Of a stretch of 64,000 nt of DNA, positions 63,906 to 64,000 are shown one piece after another. The position numbers and the translations under genes are program-made. The notes under the pieces were generated by a model that saw nothing but the letters and a program-made list of their open reading frames with translations, made no database searches and was not told the DNA's origin. Position 1 is the first letter of the stretch. Each line of letters opens with the position of its first letter. This DNA comes from Camelus ferus (taxonomy: Eukaryota): assembly GCF_009834535.1 (NCBI RefSeq), contig NC_045696.1, positions 44,394,001 through 44,458,000 of the forward strand. Direction: 5' to 3'.

Positions 63906-64000
63906 GAAAACAATGGACTTGCATTAGGTTTTAAATGGCTCCTGTTTCACCCAGTAGACTCTCAAAGAGCAGAGTGTAAAATCTTACCATCTTAGCAGCA

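Overview
AT-rich, CpG-depleted placental-mammal DNA that looks intronic or intergenic. No intact multi-exon protein-coding gene, RNA gene, CRISPR array or prokaryotic feature can be supported. Roughly half the window is fossil transposable element: old L1 (L1M/MA/MB/MC/ME-like), L2, MIR, MaLR (MLT1) and ERVL/LTR16-like LTR elements, an ERV1-like solo LTR, and three hAT-Tip100-type DNA transposons (two MER45-like, one Zaphod/MER115-like with a readable hAT dimerisation-domain remnant). Short young L1 3' ends (...GTACACCAGAAATTGACACAACATTGTAAACTGA..TATACTTCAAT) and the absence of recognisable Alu, B1/B2, Bov-A/BovB, PRE-1 or carnivore SINEs suggest a cetartiodactyl, most like a camelid (inference). 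Almost all listed ORFs are TE remnants, microsatellite read-through or chance. The unique-sequence items most worth follow-up are a splice-flanked minus-strand exon candidate at 3313-3459, a decayed coding-like stretch at about 23.3-24.0 kb whose parent I could not identify, and a CpG-retaining element at about 29.6-29.8 kb. I did not find a convincing new biological system. Repeat family names come from recall of consensus sequences, not a database search, and repeat boundaries are approximate unless TSDs are given.
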